64,000 nucleotides of DNA from an uncultured Thermodesulfobacteriota bacterium (GTDB lineage: Bacteria; Desulfobacterota; GWC2-55-46; JADFVP01): positions 13,507 through 77,506 of the forward strand of contig CAZMKZ010000001.1 of assembly GCA_964567185.1 (NCBI GenBank). Direction: 5' to 3'. Below, in pieces: positions 38,219-45,710 of the stretch. Under the pieces are notes generated by a model, which searched no databases, was not told the origin of the DNA, and saw nothing but the letters and a program-made list of their open reading frames with translations. The translations under genes were made by a program, and so were the position numbers. Each line of letters starts with the position of its first letter. Position 1 is the first letter of the stretch.

Positions 38219-39472
38219 ATGAAGTACATGAAAGGATTAAAGTGCAGGGAGTGCGGGAAGCGCTATCCCCTGGAACCGATCCATGTCTGCGAGTTCTGTT
38301 TCGGGCCCCTTGAGGTGGACTATGATTACGAGAAGATAGGCAAGTCCATTACCAGAGACATCATTACCACCAGAGCCCCTAATATGTGGAGATACAGGGA
38401 GTTGCTTCCCATAGACGCCGAGCCCACGGTGGGCAACAACTCCGGATTTACGCCCCTTGTAAGGGCCTATAACCTGGGCGAGGCCCTGGGCGTTAAAGAA
38501 CTGTACATAAAGAACGACGCCGTTAATTTCCCGACCCTCTCTTTCAAGGACAGGGTGGTCTCCGTGGCCATCTCAAGGGCCAGAGAGATGGGCTTTGACG
38601 TCATCGCCTGCGCCTCAACGGGCAACCTGGCCAACTCCGTTGCCGCCAACTCCGCGGCCTGCGGCCTTGATAGCTATGTCTTCATACCCTATGACCTTGA
38701 GCAGACCAAGATAACGGGAACCCTTATCTACGGCACTAACCTCGTGGGCATAAAGGGGACCTATGACGAGGTGAACAGGCTCTGCAGCGAGATAGGCGGC
38801 AAATACGGATGGGCCTTTGTAAACATCAACATCAGACCCTTTTATGCCGAGGGCTCCAAGACATTCGGCTACGAGATAGCCGAGCAGTTGGGCTGGAAGC
38901 TCCCGCAGCACGTTATTGTGCCCATGGCCGGGGGCTCTCTCATCACAAAGATATGGAAGGCCTTCAAGGAGTTCAAGGCCCTTGGTTTTGTCGATTCTCC
39001 GCCGGCGAAGATATACGGCGCGCAGGCAACGGGATGCGCCCCCATAGTAACGGCTGTTAAGGAAAAGAGCGAGCTCATCCGTCCGGTCATGCCCGATACT
39101 ATCGCCAAATCCCTTGCCATCGGCAACCCGGCCGACGGCTTTTACTCCGCAAGGGCCATCAGGGAGAGCAATGGCTGGGCCGAGGACGTTTCAGATGAAG
39201 AGATAATCGAGGCCATGAAGCTCCTTGCCGAGACAGAGGGCATTTTTGCCGAGACAGCCGGCGGCGTTACCGTGGGCGTGACTAAAAAACTCATCGAGCA
39301 GGGCAGGATACCCCGTGACGAGTCCATAGTCATCTCCATTACGGGCAACGGCCTTAAGACTCAGGAGTGCCTGGCGGGAAAAATCGCCGAGCCCCCTGTA
39401 ATAGAGGCTAAACTTGCCGAGTTCGACGCCCTGCTTGAGGGCGGCTCCGTGCGGAAGACGGCGGTAAAATAA
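38219..39472 (+). CDS. threonine synthase-like PLP enzyme (fold type II) with an N-terminal zinc ribbon; candidate O-phosphohomoserine-dependent homocysteine synthase (MetM-like, MA1715-like)
   Basis: CRECGKRYPLEPIHVCEFCFGPLEV zinc ribbon. PLP lysine motif FPTLSFKDRVVSV. ThrC-like length of 417 aa. First gene after a SAM riboswitch. Confidence 0.8.
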   Translation: MKYMKGLKCRECGKRYPLEPIHVCEFCFGPLEVDYDYEKIGKSITRDIITTRAPNMWRYRELLPIDAEPTVGNNSGFTPLVRAYNLGEALGVKELYIKNDAVNFPTLSFKDRVVSVAISRAREMGFDVIACASTGNLANSVAANSAACGLDSYVFIPYDLEQTKITGTLIYGTNLVGIKGTYDEVNRLCSEIGGKYGWAFVNINIRPFYAEGSKTFGYEIAEQLGWKLPQHVIVPMAGGSLITKIWKAFKEFKALGFVDSPPAKIYGAQATGCAPIVTAVKEKSELIRPVMPDTIAKSLAIGNPADGFYSARAIRESNGWAEDVSDEEIIEAMKLLAETEGIFAETAGGVTVGVTKKLIEQGRIPRDESIVISITGNGLKTQECLAGKIAEPPVIEAKLAEFDALLEGGSVRKTAVK

Positions 39473-39677
39473 GGGACGGGGCGTGATCGGGGGAGGCCCG
39501 TAGAGTATTGGCGCGGGGCAGGATTAACCGGCAGGGCCTGTGCAATATAACAAGGGCTGCCCGGTAGAGAGGCGGGTTCGGCTTGTAATAGTGACCCTCT
39601 TTCTGTTATCATTAGGGTTTAAGAAATATAAAAATTTTCCCTCTAAGAGGGGCGGTTTTCTTAAGGAGGTTTTTTTT

Positions 39678-40673
39678 ATGACGGACCATTTCATAGAGGA
39701 TAAGAGCCATAAGGTAGACCTTGACCTTGAGAACCTCAGCGGTAAGGTTAACTTCGGCGACCTCAAATCCGGGGGGTTCATAAAGCAGCGCCAGAAGGAC
39801 CTCTTTACCGTAAGGCTCCGCTGTCCCGGCGGCAGGATGACTACGGACAAGCTCGTGGAGATATCGAGGCTCGCAAAAAAATACAGCAAAGAGGGTGTGG
39901 TGCACTTCAGCTACCGCCAATCCCTTGAGATACTATATGTGGATTATAAGGACTTTCACGCCCTTGTGGGCGAGCTTGAGAAGATAGGTCAGAAAGTGGC
40001 CTCATGCGGGCCCCGTGTAAGGGTGCCCACTGCCTGCGGCGGATGCGAGTATAACCCCAACGGGCTTATAGACGCGCAGAAGATGGCCCGCATGGTGGAC
40101 GGTAAGTTCTTCGGAACAAATACGCCGCATAAGTTCAAGACCTCTTTTTCGGGCTGTCCCATAGATTGCTCAAGGACCGTTGAGATGGACCTCGGTTTTC
40201 AGGGCGTAGTGGACCCCGAGTGGGAGCAGGACCTCTGCACGGGATGCACCATCTGCTCCGAGGCCTGTAAAGAGGGGGCCATTGAGGCCCACCCCGATAC
40301 AGGAGAACCAATCTTCGACGTTAGTAAATGCCTTTACTGCGCCGACTGCATACGGGCCTGTCCCACCGAGGCGTGGAAACCCGGCAAGCACGGCTTTCTT
40401 GTGCGCATTGGCGGCAAACATGGCCGTCATCCCCTTGAGGGCGTTGAAATCTGCCGTTTCCTACCGGAGGAAAAGGTAAGCGACGCCATAGAGATGACCG
40501 TCAGGTGGTATAAAGAAAACGGCAAGAGTTTCGAGAGGATAGGGCACACCCTGCAGAGGGTGGGCATGGACGGTTATCTTGACCACATGGCCCCGCTCTT
40601 CGGTGATTATGCCGTTAGACCAAAGCATCCGCCCACGGACCGTCCGCTGATCAATAAGCCCGAAGGGGCCTGA
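39678..40673 (+). CDS. small dissimilatory-type-like sulfite reductase (Dsr-like, alSiR-type) with an inserted 2x[4Fe-4S] ferredoxin domain (start ATG 39678 with RBS AAGGAGG)
   Basis: NIR_SIR-type Cys cluster SCGPRVRVPTACGGC ... GCPIDCSRT. Ferredoxin motifs CTGCTICSEAC and CLYCADCIRACP. Confidence 0.7.
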   Translation: MTDHFIEDKSHKVDLDLENLSGKVNFGDLKSGGFIKQRQKDLFTVRLRCPGGRMTTDKLVEISRLAKKYSKEGVVHFSYRQSLEILYVDYKDFHALVGELEKIGQKVASCGPRVRVPTACGGCEYNPNGLIDAQKMARMVDGKFFGTNTPHKFKTSFSGCPIDCSRTVEMDLGFQGVVDPEWEQDLCTGCTICSEACKEGAIEAHPDTGEPIFDVSKCLYCADCIRACPTEAWKPGKHGFLVRIGGKHGRHPLEGVEICRFLPEEKVSDAIEMTVRWYKENGKSFERIGHTLQRVGMDGYLDHMAPLFGDYAVRPKHPPTDRPLINKPEGA

Positions 40674-40788
40674 TTAGCCGCGCTTCATTGGGTCGGGTAT
40701 GGATAATGGGGGGTAATCGGCGCAGTGGGTTTTCAGCTTTCGCCGGGAACCCGAAACATAACAGATCAGGACAAACGGTAAGGTTGAT

Positions 40789-41028
40789 ATGAGTGAGATA
40801 AAGGCAAAGGACAGCATCGATTTAAGGGGCGTCATGTGTCCCACAAACTTTGTAAAGACCAAGCTCAAGCTCGAGGCCATGAACCCCGGCGAGATACTCG
40901 AAGTGGTGCTTGACAGCGGCGAGCCTATCGCCAACGTGCCGAAAAGCGTCAAGGAAGAGGGACACAAGATAGTCAAGGTAAGCAAAGACGACGGCTCATT
41001 CAGGATTTTGATAGAGGTCTCTGAATAG
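40789..41028 (+). CDS. TusA/SirA-family sulfurtransferase-like protein
   Basis: 79 aa. ...IDLRGVMCPTNFVKTKLKLEAM... is a Cys-Pro TusA-like motif in a two-layer alpha/beta fold. Confidence 0.65.
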   Translation: MSEIKAKDSIDLRGVMCPTNFVKTKLKLEAMNPGEILEVVLDSGEPIANVPKSVKEEGHKIVKVSKDDGSFRILIEVSE

Positions 41029-41063
41029 CCCCTAATAAAGTTTTCAAGTACAAGGAGGAGAGT

Positions 41064-41348
41064 ATGTCAGTAAAGGTGAGGATACCCACACCCCTGAGGA
41101 AGATTACAAAGGACAACGACGAGGTCACTGCCGACGGGGCCACGGTCTCCGAGGTAATAGACGACCTGGAGAAAAACTATCCGGGAATAAAGGAGAGGAT
41201 ATGCGAGGCCGACGGGAACCTCCGCCGCTTTGTAAACCTCTATCTCAATGACGAGGACATTCGCTTCAAGGATAACCTCGCTACTGCACTGAAAGACAAC
41301 GATGAACTCTCCATCATTCCGGCCATCGCCGGAGGAGGTGGCCTTTGA
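41064..41348 (+). CDS. ThiS/MoaD-family sulfur-carrier protein (CysO/HcyS/MetO-like) whose C-terminus ...AIAGGGG-L* needs proteolytic exposure of Gly-Gly
   Basis: 94 aa beta-grasp pattern with a glycine-rich C-terminus followed by a single Leu before the stop at 41346-41348. Confidence 0.7.
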   Translation: MSVKVRIPTPLRKITKDNDEVTADGATVSEVIDDLEKNYPGIKERICEADGNLRRFVNLYLNDEDIRFKDNLATALKDNDELSIIPAIAGGGGL

Positions 41349-41581
41349 AAAAAAAGGTCTATCTAACCTATCCTCCGGAGAGGGTGAGAGAGCCTCTTCT
41401 CTGTGAGTGCGTGCGCAGGTTCAATGTCGTAACCAACATAAGGCAGGCCTCTGTTACGGACAAGATAGGCATCGTGGCCCTTGAGCTCGAAGGCGAGCCC
41501 ACGGAGATAGAAAAGGCCATGGACTTTTTTACTGAAAACGGCGTGAAGGTCGAGCCTATTGAGATGAATATTATCGAGTAG
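41345..41581 (+). CDS. stand-alone NIL-domain protein (the MetN C-terminal-type domain). TTG start overlaps the carrier-gene stop by 4 nt (TTGA); RBS GGAGGAGGTG
   Basis: KVYLTYPPERVREPLLCECVRRFNVVTNIRQASVTDKIGIVALELEGEPTEIEKAMDFFTENGVKVEPIE aligns by eye to the MetN NIL domain (LTFTGE...PLISEL.RRFGVDVNIL.GNIE...G.L.VELEGD...ALAYL.E.GV.VEVL). Confidence 0.7.
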   Translation: MKKKVYLTYPPERVREPLLCECVRRFNVVTNIRQASVTDKIGIVALELEGEPTEIEKAMDFFTENGVKVEPIEMNIIE

Positions 41582-41679
41582 CGCCCTCTCACCTTTCCCC
41601 GTCCTTGTCCAAAGGACGGGGAGCCTTGCAAATTCAACTCCCATTGGATTCTTTTCCTTGAAATCACTGCATATTATTC

Positions 41680-41706
41680 TTGACAAACCCGCTAAGGTAT
41701 TATAAT
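41680..41706 (+). promoter_or_regulatory. possible internal promoter (TTGACA-15 nt-TATAAT) upstream of the CysM-like gene, preceded by a 10-bp hairpin CCCCGTCCTT-GTCCA-AAGGACGGGG at 41594-41619
   Basis: Hexamers and hairpin seen directly. The spacer is short at 15 nt. Confidence 0.3.
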
Positions 41707-41810
41707 TTAAAAACTTGATTGTTTTAGTAAGGTAATAAAAAATGCCTTGTAAAAAGCGAGGTTTTAAGGCGCCTCTCCATAATGCTTAACATAATTCCAA
41801 GAGGCCTTGA

Positions 41811-42767
41811 ATGAGCAGCCATACCTTGAAGAGTTTTGACGCAGGGAACGAGTTTGCCATCCCGAAGGCGAGGTCCTCGGCCCTTGACCTTGTGGGCAAT
41901 ACGCCCCTTGTGAGGATAAACAGCATTACAGCGGGTCTTCCAGCCGGCGTAGAGGTATACGCCAAGCTCGAGTCCGCCAACCCCGGGGGCTCTGTAAAGG
42001 ACAGGCCGGCGCTCCGTATGATAGAAGACGCCGAGAAGAGCGGAAGGCTTACCAGGGATAAGATAATACTGGACTCCACATCGGGAAACACGGGCATTGC
42101 CTATGCGTGGATAGGCGCCGTAAAGGGCCATCGCGTAGAGCTGGTGGTTCCGGAAAACGTCAGCGCCGAGAGAAAAAAGATACTCGACGCCTTTGGGGCC
42201 AAGGTCATATTTTCAAGCCCCTTCGAGGGCTCCGACGGTGCGATACGTCTTGCCTGGAAGCTCTACGTGGATAACCCCGAAAAGTACTGCAAGCTCGATC
42301 AGTACAATAACCCCTCCAACCCCCTTGCCCATTACCATGGCACGGGAGTTGAGATAATCGAGCAGACAGGGGGCAGGATCACGCACTTTGTCACCACCAT
42401 AGGCACGGGCGGCACCATAATGGGGACCATGCGCAGGCTCAAGGAGTTTAACAGCAATATCGAAGTAACCGCCGTTGAGCCCGACAACCCCATGCATGGG
42501 CTTGAGGGCCTGAAACACATGGCCTCGTCCATAGTGCCGGGCATCTATCACGAGGACTCGCTGGACAGGAAGATACCGGCCTCCACCGAAGAATCTTACG
42601 AGATGGCCAAGAGGCTAGCCCGTGAAGAGGGCCTTCTTGTGGGGCAGTCATCGGGGGCGGCCATGCTCGGAGCGCTCAAGGTGGCCATGGAGCTTAAAGA
42701 GGGTCTTGTTGTGACAATATTCCCCGACGGCGGAGATAAGTACCTCTCCACAAGCCTCTGGGATTAA
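41811..42767 (+). CDS. cysteine synthase-like PLP enzyme (CysM/CysK family, fold type II)
   Basis: GNTPLVRINSI...VYAKLESANPGGSVKDRPALRMIEDAEKSGRL...DSTSGNTGIAYAWIGAVKGH is the classic CysK/CysM N-terminal half, including the PLP lysine. Confidence 0.85.
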   Translation: MSSHTLKSFDAGNEFAIPKARSSALDLVGNTPLVRINSITAGLPAGVEVYAKLESANPGGSVKDRPALRMIEDAEKSGRLTRDKIILDSTSGNTGIAYAWIGAVKGHRVELVVPENVSAERKKILDAFGAKVIFSSPFEGSDGAIRLAWKLYVDNPEKYCKLDQYNNPSNPLAHYHGTGVEIIEQTGGRITHFVTTIGTGGTIMGTMRRLKEFNSNIEVTAVEPDNPMHGLEGLKHMASSIVPGIYHEDSLDRKIPASTEESYEMAKRLAREEGLLVGQSSGAAMLGALKVAMELKEGLVVTIFPDGGDKYLSTSLWD

Positions 42768-43010
42768 GGGCTACGGGGAGCCCGGGCAGATTATTATTTT
42801 AAATGGCTGACAACAGCCGGTATTGATTTTTTTGGCCTGTCTTTTTTTGAAAAAAGAAGGCCACGCGGTTTTTTTTGATGGTTTCGGCTTCACGGGTTAT
42901 GCTTTGCTTTGTCCATCGTGCAAGTGTTTCCATGCGGCTACAGGCCGCTTATAAATGTGATTAAAGGGGCGTATTGCCCATAACGTGTAAATAAAGATAA
43001 GGGGCAAGTA

Positions 43011-43463
43011 ATGGGTCTACTCTCAAAGTTCAAGAAAAAGAATAAGCTGAAGGTGCCTAAGGACGTTTACGATATCATCATTGAACATGCCAGAGAGGAG
43101 TATCCCCATGAGTGTTGCGGAGTTCTCATAGGTAACGCCATGATGGGCAGAAAGATATTCTACGCCGACAAATGCACGAACCTGAACCGCGAGAGCGCAC
43201 ATAACAGGTATCTCATGGACCCCAAGGAGATAAATCTTGCCGATAAGGGTGCGCGCTCGCAGAGCCTTGAGCTTATGGGCTTTTATCACTCTCATCCGGA
43301 CCATCCGGACAGGCCCTCGGAGTACGACAGGGAGATGGCCCAGCCCGGATACTCATATATAATAGTCTCCGTAAAGGGCGGTACCGAGTTCTCCTTGAAG
43401 TCATGGACCTTTAACGAGGACGATGAACCCTTCAAGGAAGAGCCCGTGGAGATAGGCAAATAA
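43011..43463 (+). CDS. JAMM/MPN+ family metalloprotease (Mec+/HcyD/QbsD-like)
   Basis: E...ECCG, HSHPDHPDRPSEYD (JAMM motif HxHx7Sx2D). 150 aa. Confidence 0.85.
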   Translation: MGLLSKFKKKNKLKVPKDVYDIIIEHAREEYPHECCGVLIGNAMMGRKIFYADKCTNLNRESAHNRYLMDPKEINLADKGARSQSLELMGFYHSHPDHPDRPSEYDREMAQPGYSYIIVSVKGGTEFSLKSWTFNEDDEPFKEEPVEIGK

Positions 43464-43584
43464 AAACCCGGAGGGGTATGTTTGCAGTATACTTTCGGCG
43501 TTAGCGTCCCTGTAATGGGGTGAGTTTTCTTTTTTTGCCGCGATACTACATTTTGTTTTTGCATAGAGGGGGTTAGAGGTCAAG

Positions 43585-44394
43585 ATGGATTTTACCGATG
43601 AACAGATAGAGCGTTACTCAAGGCATATCATACTTCCGGAGGTAGGCGGAAAGGGGCAGGCAAAGCTCCTTGAGTCCAGGGTCTTTGTCCTCGGCGCGGG
43701 GGGGCTCGGTTCTCCGGCCCTGCTTTACCTTGCCGCGGCGGGCGTGGGCACCATAGGGGTTGCAGACGGCGACGTTGTGGATGTAAGCAACCTTCAGCGC
43801 CAGATAATACACGACAACAATACCGTTGGTATGCCAAAGGTGGATAGCGCGCGAAAGTCCATTGAGGCCCTTAATCCCGATGTTGAGGTAAAGACCTTTA
43901 ACGGCAGACTTGATACGGAGAACATCAGAGAGGTCCTTCGGGATTACGATGTGGTCCTTGACGGCTCTGATAATTTTCCAACGCGCTACCTCATGAACGA
44001 CGCCTCTTTTTTCGAGGGCAAGACCCTTGTCTCGGGGTCCATGTTCAGGTTTGACGGGCAGGTCTCTGTCTTCAAGCCGCAGGAGGGCTTTCCCTGTTAC
44101 AGATGCCTCTACCCGGAGCCCCCGCCAAAGGGCATGGTTCCGTCCTGTCAGGAGGCCGGTGTGCTTGGGGCCCTTGCGGGAGTTATAGGGGTACTGCAGG
44201 CCGTGGAGGCCATAAAAGAGATACTCTCCATCGGCAAATCCCTTGCCGGCGAGCTCTTGATATTCGACGCCCTTGCCATGAGTTTCCGCAAGGTCAAGGT
44301 GCGCACAGACCCTGATTGCGCGCTCTGCGGCGGGAATGCTACCATAAAGGAGCTCTCGCTCTATGAGCAGGCCCCATGCGAGCTGCGTACCTGA
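43585..44394 (+). CDS. ThiF/MoeB/HcyF-type E1-like adenylyltransferase (no rhodanese domain)
   Basis: RYSRHIILPEVGGKGQAKLLESRVFVLGAGGLGSPALLYLAAAGVG nucleotide-binding motif. C-terminal Zn motif CYRC...CALCGG. Confidence 0.85.
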   Translation: MDFTDEQIERYSRHIILPEVGGKGQAKLLESRVFVLGAGGLGSPALLYLAAAGVGTIGVADGDVVDVSNLQRQIIHDNNTVGMPKVDSARKSIEALNPDVEVKTFNGRLDTENIREVLRDYDVVLDGSDNFPTRYLMNDASFFEGKTLVSGSMFRFDGQVSVFKPQEGFPCYRCLYPEPPPKGMVPSCQEAGVLGALAGVIGVLQAVEAIKEILSIGKSLAGELLIFDALAMSFRKVKVRTDPDCALCGGNATIKELSLYEQAPCELRT

Positions 44395-44461
44395 TTCGGC
44401 TTTTCGGACTTATGCCGCAAACAGGGGACGGAGAAAGCGGTCTTTTACCTGAGGCGGTTGA

Positions 44462-45697
44462 GTGGTATTGAAAAGCCTGGATTACTTCAAGAACCCCGGA
44501 GCCCTTAAGATAGACCTTATGCTGAGGGGGGCGGCCATAGAAGACCCCCTTGTGAAGGCGCATGCCTGCGGGGCCTCTGGCATAGATATACTCCTGCCTA
44601 AAAAGACCCTCGTAAACATCCCCTGCGAAGACTGGTTTACCGTGCGCTCCCCTTATCTCATTAAAAAGTCTGAAAAGGGGTATGTCCTTACAAACGGCAA
44701 GGCCGAGGTCAGGGTAAGCATACTTCCGCCGCCGAAGTTTTACGGACTGAAGACAAGTTCAGGCGTAAGGCTTGGAGAAATAGCCAGCACTCACGGGAGT
44801 TACACCGTCATAACGCCCGACCAGAGGTGCGCTTTTTTTAAATCAAGCGCCCAGTGCCGTTACTGCGCGGGAAACTTCAGGTCCGACGCCGCCGCGTCCG
44901 GCGCGCGCGTCTATACAGTAGACGAGGTATTAGAGACAGTAAAAGCGGTATTCAGGGAGAGGGCCTCCGGGATAATATACCTCTCAATAGGTTTTGCCGA
45001 GGGCGATGACGGGGGTATAAAATTTCTTGAGCCCTATGTAAGGGCCATTAAGGGGCATTTTAACTGCCTTGTCGCAGTAGAGGCCCTGCCCCCCGCGCGA
45101 AACGAGTGGATCGACAGGGCGTACGCCAGCGGCGTTGATTCACTGCTCTATAACCTTGATATCTTTGATAAGGAGCTTTTTTCCATAATCTGCCCGGGCA
45201 GGGCCGGCCTCATAGGCAGGAAGAGGACCCTTGAAGCCCTGAAATACGCCGCGGGTATCTTCCCTAACGGCACGGTGGCCTCGCACCTCATTGTGGGGCT
45301 TGAACCGCCGGGTTCCACTATCATGGGCATAGATTATCTTACGGATATCGGCGTAGTGCCCATACTGCCCATATTCCGGCCTTCAAGGGAGAGGCCCCTT
45401 GATGTTACGGACCTTCATGCCGAGGTGATTATACCGGTATATCAGCACCTGTACCGGTCCTTGAAGAAAAAGGGCATTAACTTCAACTGGGTCCGCGACA
45501 TAAGCATGGTGACAACCCCCGTGGAGGGCAGGTTCCTCCTTGGGGAAAAAGAGGGCTCAGCCTCTCTGCTTGATAATTTTTACGGCTCAAAGCTCGGCCT
45601 TAAGACGGCATGGGGGCTCTCGGCCCTTCGAAGGCGGCTGCGGGTAAAAAAGCCCGCCAATGAAGAAAACCCCCCAGGCGGGTCTGAAAAGACATAA
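44462..45697 (+). CDS. uncharacterised protein with the Cys triad CAFFKSSAQCRYC (CX8CX2C). Possibly a non-canonical radical-SAM-like TIM-barrel enzyme, or alternatively the COG1900/DUF39 homocysteine-synthesis protein
   Basis: GTG start. 411 aa. Glycine-rich stretch IYLSIGFAEGDDGG about 35 aa after the Cys triad, and later ...VPILPIFRPSRERPL, reminiscent of radical SAM beta-strand motifs. No canonical CX3CX2C. Confidence 0.35.
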   Translation: MVLKSLDYFKNPGALKIDLMLRGAAIEDPLVKAHACGASGIDILLPKKTLVNIPCEDWFTVRSPYLIKKSEKGYVLTNGKAEVRVSILPPPKFYGLKTSSGVRLGEIASTHGSYTVITPDQRCAFFKSSAQCRYCAGNFRSDAAASGARVYTVDEVLETVKAVFRERASGIIYLSIGFAEGDDGGIKFLEPYVRAIKGHFNCLVAVEALPPARNEWIDRAYASGVDSLLYNLDIFDKELFSIICPGRAGLIGRKRTLEALKYAAGIFPNGTVASHLIVGLEPPGSTIMGIDYLTDIGVVPILPIFRPSRERPLDVTDLHAEVIIPVYQHLYRSLKKKGINFNWVRDISMVTTPVEGRFLLGEKEGSASLLDNFYGSKLGLKTAWGLSALRRRLRVKKPANEENPPGGSEKT

Positions 45698-45710
45698 AGG
45701 GAGTATTACC

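Noticed and set aside
39473-39677. 205-nt gap between the ThrC-like and Dsr-like genes as a possible second riboswitch
   Set aside because: It contains a weak CCCT-CTAAG-AGGG hairpin plus a short T-run and some GC-rich stems. There is no SAM-I, SAM-II or SAM/SAH core consensus. Treated as an ordinary intercistronic spacer or weak attenuator.
44462-45697. Calling the Cys-triad protein outright as COG1900/DUF39 or as radical SAM
   Set aside because: I cannot verify either family from memory of their consensus. It is left as an uncharacterised protein, with both hypotheses stated in the findings.
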